Both the position numbers and the translations under genes were made by a program. From Clostridium kluyveri (GTDB lineage Bacteria; Bacillota; Clostridia; Clostridiales; Clostridiaceae), in contig NZ_CP018335.1 of NCBI RefSeq assembly GCF_001902295.1, positions 1,926,702-1,958,701 of the forward strand: a stretch of DNA of 32,000 nucleotides, written 5' to 3'. This document shows, one piece after another, positions 25,494-32,000 of the stretch (positions are counted from its first letter, which is position 1; each line of letters starts with the position of its first letter). Under the pieces are notes generated by a model that saw only the letters and a list, made by a program, of their open reading frames with translations, made no database searches and had not been told where the DNA came from.

Positions 25494-25780
25494 TATTATA
25501 CTCCTTTTCAATAAATTGTTGGAACTAATATATCTATACTTTTAAACTTGAAATTTGTTCTATATAGACAATATTACTTATACCTTTTTTCTTTTATTTT
25601 GTCAATATCGATTTTAAATATACATAATACGAGTGCTTTATATATAAAATATTGCAGATTATATATATTTTTGTCAATATGTTAAGTTTAAAAAGATTTT
25701 TATTTTTAAATATTTTTTGTGATTTAGGTAAAGACTATGTTTATGTAAAATAAATATTTTATTGAAAAGGAGTGACTTTC

Positions 25781-26143
25781 GTGGGTGATACAAAAAGAGA
25801 GTCAGAGAAATCTTCTATAGGTGGTTATATAGTAAGATTTATTTTAACAGTAATTGTACTGGGGATAACTTCATTCTTAACACCTGGTTTTAGAATAGTA
25901 GGACTATGGTCTTATTTAGTGGCAGCAGTTGTGATAAGCTTAATAGACTATTTTGTAGAAAAATTTATGGGTGTAGATGCGTCTCCTTTTGGAAAAGGAA
26001 TAAAGGGTTTTATAATTGCAGCTATAATATTGTATTTAACTCAATTCTTAGTGCCTAATATGAGTGTATCTATATTGGGAGCTATTATTGCATCAGTTGT
26101 TATAGGAATATTGGATGCTGTAATCCCTGGAAGAGTAATGTAA
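25781..26143 (+). CDS. Small integral membrane protein (3-4 TM; possibly DUF360/holin-4_2-like, tentative)
   Basis: GTG 25781 lies 8 nt after AAAGGAG (25766-72). The product is hydrophobic (ILTVIVLGITSFLTPGF..., IIAAIILYLTQFLVP..., AIIASVVIGILDAVIPG). Confidence 0.5.
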   Translation: MGDTKRESEKSSIGGYIVRFILTVIVLGITSFLTPGFRIVGLWSYLVAAVVISLIDYFVEKFMGVDASPFGKGIKGFIIAAIILYLTQFLVPNMSVSILGAIIASVVIGILDAVIPGRVM

Positions 26144-26231
26144 AATGTTGTTTTTTTAGATTTAATTCTTAATAATGATATAAATTACAATCTAATAACA
26201 AAATTTAATATTTTTGTTTAGAATAATTTTT

Positions 26232-26275
26232 ACACACCGAAATTGATAAATTACTTCAATTTTGGTGTGTTTTTG
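26232..26275 (+). terminator. Rho-independent terminator
   Basis: ACACACCGAAATTGA / TCAATTTTGGTGTGT forms a 15-bp stem with one G-U pair (26232-70), followed by TTTT. Confidence 0.6.
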
Positions 26276-26479
26276 TATTGAATAATATTAATATTTAATT
26301 ACTAATAGAATGTTTAGTATTTTTCAATTTTTTGTTATAATTAAAAAAACAATATTTACTTGGAATTGTTTGCTTATAAATATTAGACAAAAATATATTA
26401 AAAGTTAGTTTGGATTTAATAGACCAATATTCATATATAATATAAGAGATGAACTAATTAGAGATGGAGGGATAACAAA

Positions 26480-26911
26480 ATGTTTGAATGGAAGGATGAT
26501 TATAATTGTGGCATTAAAAGGATAGATGAAGAGCATAAGAGACTCTTTGAAATAGGTGAATCTGTATACGATCTTATAATAAATGAAAACCATGTAGATT
26601 ATTTTGGGGATGTTTTAAATTTAATTGATGACCTTAAAGAATATACTGTGTATCATTTTGAAGATGAAGAAAGAATAATGAAGCTTTATGATTATCCCAA
26701 GTACAAGGAACAAAAAAAAGCTCATGATGCCTTTATAAATAAAATCGAAAGTTTAGATTTGGAAGAACTAGATGAGGACATACAAAAATCTGTATTAAAA
26801 TTATTGGATTTTATTTATGATTGGATATCAAAACATATACTAGGTATGGATTTGAAGTTAAAAGATTATTTTGATAGTCTAAAACCAAAAAAATCAAATG
26901 AATCAATTTAA
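26480..26911 (+). CDS. Hemerythrin-like (bacteriohemerythrin) metal-binding protein
   Basis: 143 aa with RBS GGAGGG (26466-71). The N-terminus FEWKDDYNCGIKRIDEEHKRLFE is typical, with downstream H/E/D ligand contexts (YTVYHFEDEE, KKAHDAF, WISKHILGMD). Confidence 0.8.
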   Translation: MFEWKDDYNCGIKRIDEEHKRLFEIGESVYDLIINENHVDYFGDVLNLIDDLKEYTVYHFEDEERIMKLYDYPKYKEQKKAHDAFINKIESLDLEELDEDIQKSVLKLLDFIYDWISKHILGMDLKLKDYFDSLKPKKSNESI

Positions 26912-26962
26912 AATATATTTTGAGCTTTGTCATAATGAGTAGAGAAATGTATTAAAATACCA

Positions 26963-26991
26963 TTGACTAATATTTACTTATAGTACATAAT
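26963..26991 (+). promoter_or_regulatory. Sigma-A-type promoter of the lysine-riboswitch leader
   Basis: TTGACT (26963-68), a 17-nt spacer and CATAAT (26986-91). Confidence 0.5.
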
Positions 26992-27004
26992 GTATTTGTA
27001 CTAT

Positions 27005-27195
27005 AAGTGAATATTTAAGATAGAGGCGCAAAATTTATAAGTAAAGTTTTGGAGGTAAGCACAATGAAGGGACTTGAAAGGAAATTTTGCCGAAGTGTTC
27101 AACAGATGCTTTGATGTTGAATTAACTGGTTTTGTATAAAATATATACAAGACTGTCACAAATATAATTTGTGAAGAGCTATCATTCATTGTGGA
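27005..27195 (+). promoter_or_regulatory. Lysine riboswitch (L-box) aptamer
   Basis: The conserved L-box blocks appear in the correct order: GATAGAGGCGC (27019-29), GGAGG (27051-55), TTGCCGAAG (27087-95), CTGTCAC (27153-59) and GAAGAGCTATC (27173-83). P1 is GATA/TATC plus TGAAT/ATTCA. It lies upstream of a LysP-like permease. Confidence 0.8.
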
Positions 27196-27219
27196 ATTAA
27201 TATATTTTTATATTTATAA

Positions 27220-27250
27220 CCTTGGGTGTACACTCTCAAGGCTATTTTTA
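27220..27250 (+). terminator. Riboswitch expression-platform terminator
   Basis: CCTTGGGTGT..ACACTCTCAAGG hairpin (27220-41) followed by CTATTTTT. Confidence 0.6.
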
Positions 27251-27308
27251 TGTTTATCTTACTTACTTCACTTATGGGGATTTTGATACCAATAAGGGGG
27301 AGAAAAAA

Positions 27309-28766
27309 ATGGAAAGCTCAGTAGAGCAAAATAATGAGCGTGATAATGAACTAAAAAGAGGACTTAAGACTAGACATTTAAGTATGATTGCCATAGGAGG
27401 AGCTATTGGAACAGGAATATTTTTAGCATTAGGTGCTACTATTAATCAGGCAGGTCCTGGAGGAGCACTAGTAGCTTATGGCTGTATAGGAATTATGGTT
27501 TATTTTTTAATGACGGGCTTAGGAGAAATGGCTACTTATATGCCGGTTTCAGGCTCTTTTGGTGTTTATGCCACTAAATTTGTAGATCCGGCTTTAGGAT
27601 TTGCATTAGGATGGAATTATTGGTACAATTGGGCAATAACTGTAGCTGCAGAAATGGTAGCAGGAGCGCTCATAATGAAATATTGGCTGCCAGGTGTACC
27701 AGCTATTGTGTGGAGTGTGTGTTTTTTAGCTGTAATAGTTTTATTAAATTTATTATCTGCAAGAGCTTATGGAGAATCAGAATTTTGGTTTGCAGGCATC
27801 AAAGTAGTAACCGTTATCGTTTTTATATTAGTAGGAGTAGCAACTATTATAGGCATATTTAATGGGAATCCAGTAGGACTTAAAAATTTTACAGTAGGAG
27901 AAGCACCTTTTGTAGGCGGCTTTAAATCTATATTCTTGGTATTTTTGATTGCAGGTTTTTCTTTCCAGGGTACTGAATTAGTGGGCATAGCTGCGGGAGA
28001 AAGTGAAAATCCAGAAAAAACCATACCAAAAGCTATTAATAGTATATTTTGGAGAATACTAATATTTTATATAGGAACAATATTTGTAGTAGGTGCCATA
28101 ATTCCGTATATGAATGCAGGAGTTGACACAAGTCCTTTTACTCTGGTATTTAAAAAGGCTGGTATAGCAGGAGCTGCATCTCTTATGAATGCGGTTATAT
28201 TGACTTCAGTGCTGTCAGCAGGAAACTCTGGAATGTATGCTTCAACTAGAATGTTGTATTCTATGGCTAAAGATAAGAAAGCACCTGCCTGGCTGGCAAA
28301 AGTTAATTCACGAGGAGTGCCTGTAAATTCATTGATACTTACAACAATAGTAGCATCTGCATGTTTTTTAACAGGGCTTTATGCGGAAAGTACAGTGTAT
28401 GTTTGGCTGGTAGCAGCTTCAGGTCTTGCAGGATTTGTAGCATGGCTTGGTATAGCAATTTGCCATTATCGTTTTAGAAAAGCTTATGTTGCTCAAAATA
28501 GAGATTTTGGAAGATTAAAATATAAGGCTAAATTATTTCCTTTAGGACCTATAATAGCATTGGTACTTTGTATCATAGTTATCTTGGGACAAGGAGTTAC
28601 TTATTTTGAAGCTAACAATATAGATTGGAGTGGAGTAACTTCATCTTATATAGGACTTCCGCTATTTTTAGGATTGTGGATATGGTATAAGAAAAAATAT
28701 AGTACTAAGGTAATAAAGCTAGAAGAAGTAGATTTTGACAGTATTGAAGAGGAAGTAAAATTATAA
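27309..28766 (+). CDS. lysP: APC-family basic amino acid permease, lysine-specific-permease-like
   Basis: 485 aa from ATG 27309, with RBS AAGGGGGAG (27293-301). LKRGLKTRHLSMIAIGGAIGTGIFL, ESEFWFAGIKV and GTELVGIAAGESENPEKTIPKAINSIFWRILIFY are present. The symbol is inferred from the upstream L-box. The track start 27222 lies inside the leader terminator. Confidence 0.8.
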   Translation: MESSVEQNNERDNELKRGLKTRHLSMIAIGGAIGTGIFLALGATINQAGPGGALVAYGCIGIMVYFLMTGLGEMATYMPVSGSFGVYATKFVDPALGFALGWNYWYNWAITVAAEMVAGALIMKYWLPGVPAIVWSVCFLAVIVLLNLLSARAYGESEFWFAGIKVVTVIVFILVGVATIIGIFNGNPVGLKNFTVGEAPFVGGFKSIFLVFLIAGFSFQGTELVGIAAGESENPEKTIPKAINSIFWRILIFYIGTIFVVGAIIPYMNAGVDTSPFTLVFKKAGIAGAASLMNAVILTSVLSAGNSGMYASTRMLYSMAKDKKAPAWLAKVNSRGVPVNSLILTTIVASACFLTGLYAESTVYVWLVAASGLAGFVAWLGIAICHYRFRKAYVAQNRDFGRLKYKAKLFPLGPIIALVLCIIVILGQGVTYFEANNIDWSGVTSSYIGLPLFLGLWIWYKKKYSTKVIKLEEVDFDSIEEEVKL

Positions 28767-28786
28767 TAGATAATTTAATTGATTAA

Positions 28787-28824
28787 TTGCTAGAGAATAG
28801 TTTATATTCTTTGGCAATTTTTTA
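28787..28824 (+). terminator. Rho-independent terminator after the permease
   Basis: A 13-bp stem with two G-U pairs, TTGCTAGAGAATA / TATTCTTTGGCAA (28787-28817), is followed by TTTTTTATTTT. Confidence 0.6.
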
Positions 28825-29028
28825 TTTTGCATATTTAATTAATGTATATTTAGCACAAATAGTCTACAGCAGTTTTGTTCTTATTAGATATATAAAATAT
28901 ATTGATGTTATGATAAATTATTAATAATAAAATTAGTAATTTGGAATAAATACTTATTTTTTATTTTTAATATATCAATAAGCTTCTGAAATGACTATTT
29001 TTAATCTTAGTTAAAGGGGATGGATATT

Positions 29029-30441
29029 ATGGATTTTAGAATTGAAAGTGATTCTATAGGAGAAAAAAAGGTTCCTAAAAGTGCATATTATGGAATAAAC
29101 ACTTTAAGGGCTGCAGATAATTTTAAAATTACAGGACTTAAAATTCATGAAGAATTTATAAAAAGTATTGCAGAGATAAAAAAGGCTGCTGCTATAACTA
29201 ATGAGGGTATTGGACTGCTTGGTGAACATATTAAAGAGACAATTGTAAAAGCTTGCGATGAGATAATAGATAGTAAATTTAAAGATCAGTTTATTACAGA
29301 TCCTATACAAGGTGGGGCAGGTACATCTATAAATATGAATGTAAATGAAGTGATTTCAAATAGAGCCATTGAATTATTAGGGGGAGAAAAGGGAAATTAT
29401 AATATTGTCAATCCAAATGATCATGTGAATATGGGGCAGTCTACTAATGATGTTATTCCAACAGCAGGTAAAATTACAACTATAAAACTTATTTTAAGGT
29501 GTATAAAACAGCTGAAAATATTAAAGAGAGTGTTTAAAGAAAAAGCTGATGAATTTAATGATATTGTAAAAATGGGTAGAACTCAGCTTCAGGATGCAGT
29601 ACCTATTAGATTAGGACAGGAATTTAATGCCTATAGTTCAGTGATAAAAAGAGATATATTAAGATTAAATCAGGTTATAGAAAGCTTAAAAGAAGTCAAT
29701 ATAGGTGGAACGGCCATAGGAACAGGTATAAATGCAGATATGAGGTATCAAATAAAAATAATACCGAACCTCAACAAAATTATACAAATACAATTAAACC
29801 AGGCGGAAGATTTAATTGATTCAACTCAAAACTTAGATAGTCTCGTAATAACTTCAGCGGCTATAAAAACCTGTGCAGTTAACCTATCAAAGATAGCAAA
29901 TGATTTAAGACTCATGTCATCAGGACCGAGAACAGGCTTTGGAGAAATAAATCTTCCAGCAAAACAAAATGGCTCTTCCATAATGCCGGGAAAGGTTAAT
30001 CCTGTAATACCAGAGGTAATTAATCAGATAGCTTTTAATATTATTGGAAATGATGTTACCATTAATATGGCTGCAGAGGCAGGTCAATTGGAATTAAATG
30101 CCTTTGAACCAATTGTATTTTTTAATTTATTCCAGTCTATAGAAACTTTGACGAACGGTATTAATACTTTTGTTGAAAACTGCGTTCAGGGTATTACAGC
30201 AAATAGAAAAAGATGTAAGGGACTTTTAGAAAACAGCATAGGAATACTTACAGCTCTTTGTCCTTATGTAGGATATAAAGAAGCTGCTAAAATTGCTAAA
30301 AAAGCTATGAATACTGGAGAATCTGTGAGGAAGATTATTCTAAGAGAAAAAATTTTAAATGAAAGAGAAATTAACAGTGTATTAAATACTGTGGATATGA
30401 CAAAACCTGGAATATCGAGGAAATATGTAGTTTATAAATAG
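29029..30441 (+). CDS. aspA: Aspartate ammonia-lyase
   Basis: The fumarate-lyase signature GSSIMPGKVNP is present. The aspartase-like N-terminus is FRIESDSIGEKKVPKSAYYGINTLRAADNFKITG, with TQLQDAVPIRLGQEF further on. ATG 29029 lies 9 nt after AAGGGG; ATG 29020 abuts the RBS. Confidence 0.85.
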   Translation: MDFRIESDSIGEKKVPKSAYYGINTLRAADNFKITGLKIHEEFIKSIAEIKKAAAITNEGIGLLGEHIKETIVKACDEIIDSKFKDQFITDPIQGGAGTSINMNVNEVISNRAIELLGGEKGNYNIVNPNDHVNMGQSTNDVIPTAGKITTIKLILRCIKQLKILKRVFKEKADEFNDIVKMGRTQLQDAVPIRLGQEFNAYSSVIKRDILRLNQVIESLKEVNIGGTAIGTGINADMRYQIKIIPNLNKIIQIQLNQAEDLIDSTQNLDSLVITSAAIKTCAVNLSKIANDLRLMSSGPRTGFGEINLPAKQNGSSIMPGKVNPVIPEVINQIAFNIIGNDVTINMAAEAGQLELNAFEPIVFFNLFQSIETLTNGINTFVENCVQGITANRKRCKGLLENSIGILTALCPYVGYKEAAKIAKKAMNTGESVRKIILREKILNEREINSVLNTVDMTKPGISRKYVVYK

Positions 30442-30560
30442 AAATATAATTACTTAATTGTGAATAAATATATTTATAGTTTAATCCTTTATTAACACAA
30501 ACTGAAAAATAATTGTAGTAGAATATATAATAAATGAAATACTGTATTGGAGGTTTTAAA

Positions 30561-31547
30561 ATGTCAATTTTAGTTTGTGGGGGAGCAGGGTATATAGGGA
30601 GCCATATGGCAGCAGAGCTTTTGGAAAGAGGAAAAGAAATTGTAGTATTGGATAACTTTGAAAAAGGACATAAATCTGCTGTACTTGGAGGCAAGGTTTA
30701 CCAGGGCGATTTAAGGGATGAAAATGTAGTGGATAAGGTGTTTAAAGAAAATAACATTGAATCAGTAATAGATTTTGCAGCTTATTCTCTGGTGGGAGAG
30801 AGTGTAGGGGAACCTCTTAAATATTTCGAAAATAATGTTGTAGGTACTTTGAACCTATTAAAGTCTATGAGAAAATATGAAGTAAAATATATTGTATTTT
30901 CTTCTACTGCTGCAACTTATGGAGAGCCTAAAAACATACCTATCTTTGAAGATGATTCAACATATCCCACTAATCCCTATGGAGAATCCAAGCTTACGGT
31001 AGAAAAGTTGTTAAAATGGAGTGATAGGGCATATGGTATAAAATATGCTGCACTAAGATATTTCAATGCGGCAGGTGCACATATTTCAGGACTTATAGGA
31101 GAAGATCATGACCCTGAAACACACTTGATTCCTATAATACTTCAGGTGGCTTTAAAAAAGAGAGATAAAATATTTATATTTGGAGATGACTATAATACAG
31201 AAGACGGAACTTGTGTTAGGGATTATGTTCATGTTATGGATTTAGCTAATGCCCATCTTTTGGCATTGAATAAAATTATTGAGGATGAAAAAAGTGGAAT
31301 TTATAATTTAGGTAATGGCAGAGGCTTCTCTGTAAAAGAAGTAATTGAAGTTTCACGAAAAGTAACTGGACAAAAAATAAAAGCTGAAATTGCTCCTAGA
31401 AGAGAAGGAGATCCTGAGACACTTATAGCCTCTTCTAAAAAAGCGGAAGAAGAACTTAATTGGAAACCAAAGTATAATTCACTTGAGACAATTATTGATA
31501 CTGCATGGAAATGGCATAAAGATCATTTAAATGGATTTGAAAAGTGA
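30561..31547 (+). CDS. galE: UDP-glucose 4-epimerase
   Basis: 328 aa from ATG 30561, with RBS TGGAGG (30548-53). It has the Rossmann motif VCGGAGYIGSH, the catalytic YGESK (YxxxK) and RYFNAAGA. Confidence 0.9.
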   Translation: MSILVCGGAGYIGSHMAAELLERGKEIVVLDNFEKGHKSAVLGGKVYQGDLRDENVVDKVFKENNIESVIDFAAYSLVGESVGEPLKYFENNVVGTLNLLKSMRKYEVKYIVFSSTAATYGEPKNIPIFEDDSTYPTNPYGESKLTVEKLLKWSDRAYGIKYAALRYFNAAGAHISGLIGEDHDPETHLIPIILQVALKKRDKIFIFGDDYNTEDGTCVRDYVHVMDLANAHLLALNKIIEDEKSGIYNLGNGRGFSVKEVIEVSRKVTGQKIKAEIAPRREGDPETLIASSKKAEEELNWKPKYNSLETIIDTAWKWHKDHLNGFEK

Positions 31548-31571
31548 AATATATTAATGGGTAATTATATA

Positions 31572-31601
31572 TTGACAAAAAAATGTTAATAGTAATATAA
31601 T
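31572..31601 (+). promoter_or_regulatory. Near-consensus sigma-A promoter after galE
   Basis: TTGACA (31572-77), an 18-nt spacer and TATAAT (31596-601). Confidence 0.55.
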
Positions 31602-31607
31602 AAGGTG

Positions 31608-31742
31608 TAGGTTATGTGATTTTATTCATAACGCTTGCATAAAGTGTTATAAGCTAGAAATATAATAGATAGGCTGTATACCTATTATTTAGATATTGTG
31701 ATAGGAGGAGGCCGTCTCTTAAAATAAAAGAGGCGGTTTTTT
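31608..31742 (+). ncRNA. Candidate small RNA or terminated leader (promoter-to-terminator unit of about 135 nt, class unknown)
   Basis: The unit starts just after the consensus promoter. It has an internal hairpin AATAGATAGG..CCTATTATT (31664-90). It ends in a terminator, GCCGTCTCTT / AAGAGGCGGT (31711-37) plus TTTTTT (31737-42). No ORF with an RBS lies inside. Confidence 0.35.
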
Positions 31743-31900
31743 ATATTATATAGTAACTTCGGATTTTTAGTTTTTATCTAAGCGCTGCCATTGATAAACT
31801 CCCATCTTCTTCAAAAGTTGGGGATAAGCAATGCTGTGCGTCTGGATAAGTTGTTCCCCTAAAGGATAACGTATTCTAAGTGCTAAAGACACTAATGTTA

Positions 31901-31967
31901 ATAAGGTTCAGATGGGAATAGGCATTTCTTATAAGCAAACTCCACCTGAACCGCTGAATCACTTGAT
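31901..31967 (-). repeat. 67-nt hairpin-forming intergenic repeat, copy B (inverted relative to copy A)
   Basis: The reverse complement aligns without gaps to 23676-23742, with 55/67 identities by hand alignment. Shared flanks are ATCAAGTGATTC and CTGAACCTTAT. The GGTTCAG..CTGAACC stem is retained. Confidence 0.7.
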
Positions 31968-32000
31968 TTAAAAGAATAGAAATGGGAGAGGAGCTGAAAA

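Noticed and set aside
25597-25680. Exact 12-nt direct repeat TTTTGTCAATAT at 25597-608 and 25669-680, in the divergent region between the 108-aa gene and the membrane-protein gene.
   Set aside because: My rough estimate gives about a 5% chance of such a match in 260 bp of DNA this AT-rich. It does not match any regulator box I know (for example, it is not a Spo0A TGTCGAA box). This is too marginal to call.
22165-27189. Minus-strand ORFs in AT-rich intergenic DNA: 22165-22356, 24679-24969, 26405-26593 and 27001-27189.
   Set aside because: They overlap a terminator plus the aminopeptidase start, the SASP promoter and 5' end, the hemerythrin 5' end, and the lysine riboswitch respectively. They have no RBS and an Ile/Phe/Tyr/Asn-rich composition typical of random AT-rich frames.
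455-30694. Antisense ORFs of 60-110 aa in the track: 455-742, 908-1105, 3504-3743, 4615-4947, 6068-6250, 6474-6659, 9904-10128, 10693-10887, 12199-12393, 12589-12918, 12926-13153, 13409-13693, 14386-14568, 14966-15193, 16072-16341, 18761-18952, 19782-19982, 20328-20528, 22683-22883, 24070-24282, 27767-28024, 29104-29310 and 30371-30694.
   Set aside because: Each lies opposite a longer ORF with clear family motifs. None has a convincing RBS, and the translations are low-complexity or odd in composition. They look like shadow ORFs.
23676-31967. The two inverted 67-nt repeats as the ends of a composite transposon or invertible segment carrying PHP through galE.
   Set aside because: No transposase, recombinase or target-site duplication is present. 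The enclosed genes are ordinary housekeeping genes. The repeats diverge by about 18%, and one of them functions plausibly as a terminator.
31845-32000. Possible 5' end of a group II intron. GTGCG occurs at 31845, followed by strings (CTAAAGACA, AATGTTAAT, ATAAGGT) that reminded me of domain I of lactococcal and clostridial introns.
   Set aside because: The evidence is only a pentamer plus a few short words recalled from memory. The spacing does not fit what I remember, no RT ORF or domain V/VI is visible, and the window ends after 155 nt. It is worth an Rfam or intron-model scan on extended sequence, but it cannot be supported here.
1-32000. A whole-window look for CRISPR arrays, tRNA/rRNA genes, transposases, integrases, phage genes and known defence-system genes.
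   Set aside because: I saw no regularly spaced direct repeats, no cloverleaf-like or rRNA-like GC-rich segments, and no ORF with recombinase, transposase, nuclease or defence-type motifs. Absence judged by eye is not proof.

Overview
This window looks like a low-GC chromosomal segment from a Clostridium-like Firmicute. GC is roughly 30% by eye, and one gene is clearly GC-richer. About 26 genes are present, nearly all on the + strand. I recognised no tRNA, rRNA, CRISPR array, transposase or integrase.

Gene content, left to right:
- 174-6584: a six-gene operon. A 2-hydroxyacyl-CoA-dehydratase / benzoyl-CoA-reductase-type radical enzyme set (activase plus two HGD-D subunits) is interleaved with a complete NitT/TauT-type ABC importer.
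- An MFS transporter, then about 760 bp of decayed non-coding DNA, an APC amino-acid permease and an alpha/beta hydrolase.
- A truncated ABC-ATPase remnant, which ends exactly where a MerR-type promoter with a 19-bp spacer begins.
- A flavodoxin and a GC-rich DUF362 Fe-S protein, each behind a copy of that MerR-type box.
- 13300-18128: the main candidate. One promoter/operator and one terminator frame arsR, hgcA, hgcB, acr3 and a CoA-disulfide-reductase/rhodanese fusion. The mercury-methylation corrinoid/ferredoxin pair therefore sits inside an arsenic-resistance-type operon.
- Housekeeping and accessory genes: polysaccharide deacetylase, a frameshifted gene remnant, GGDEF cyclase, CorA, M18 aminopeptidase, PHP phosphoesterase (minus strand), alpha/beta SASP, two small unknown genes, hemerythrin, an L-box lysine riboswitch controlling a LysP-like permease, aspA and galE.

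Other observations are a 67-nt hairpin repeat present twice in inverted orientation, and an orphan promoter-to-terminator unit after galE.

All family calls rest on motif recognition by eye. No searches were run.
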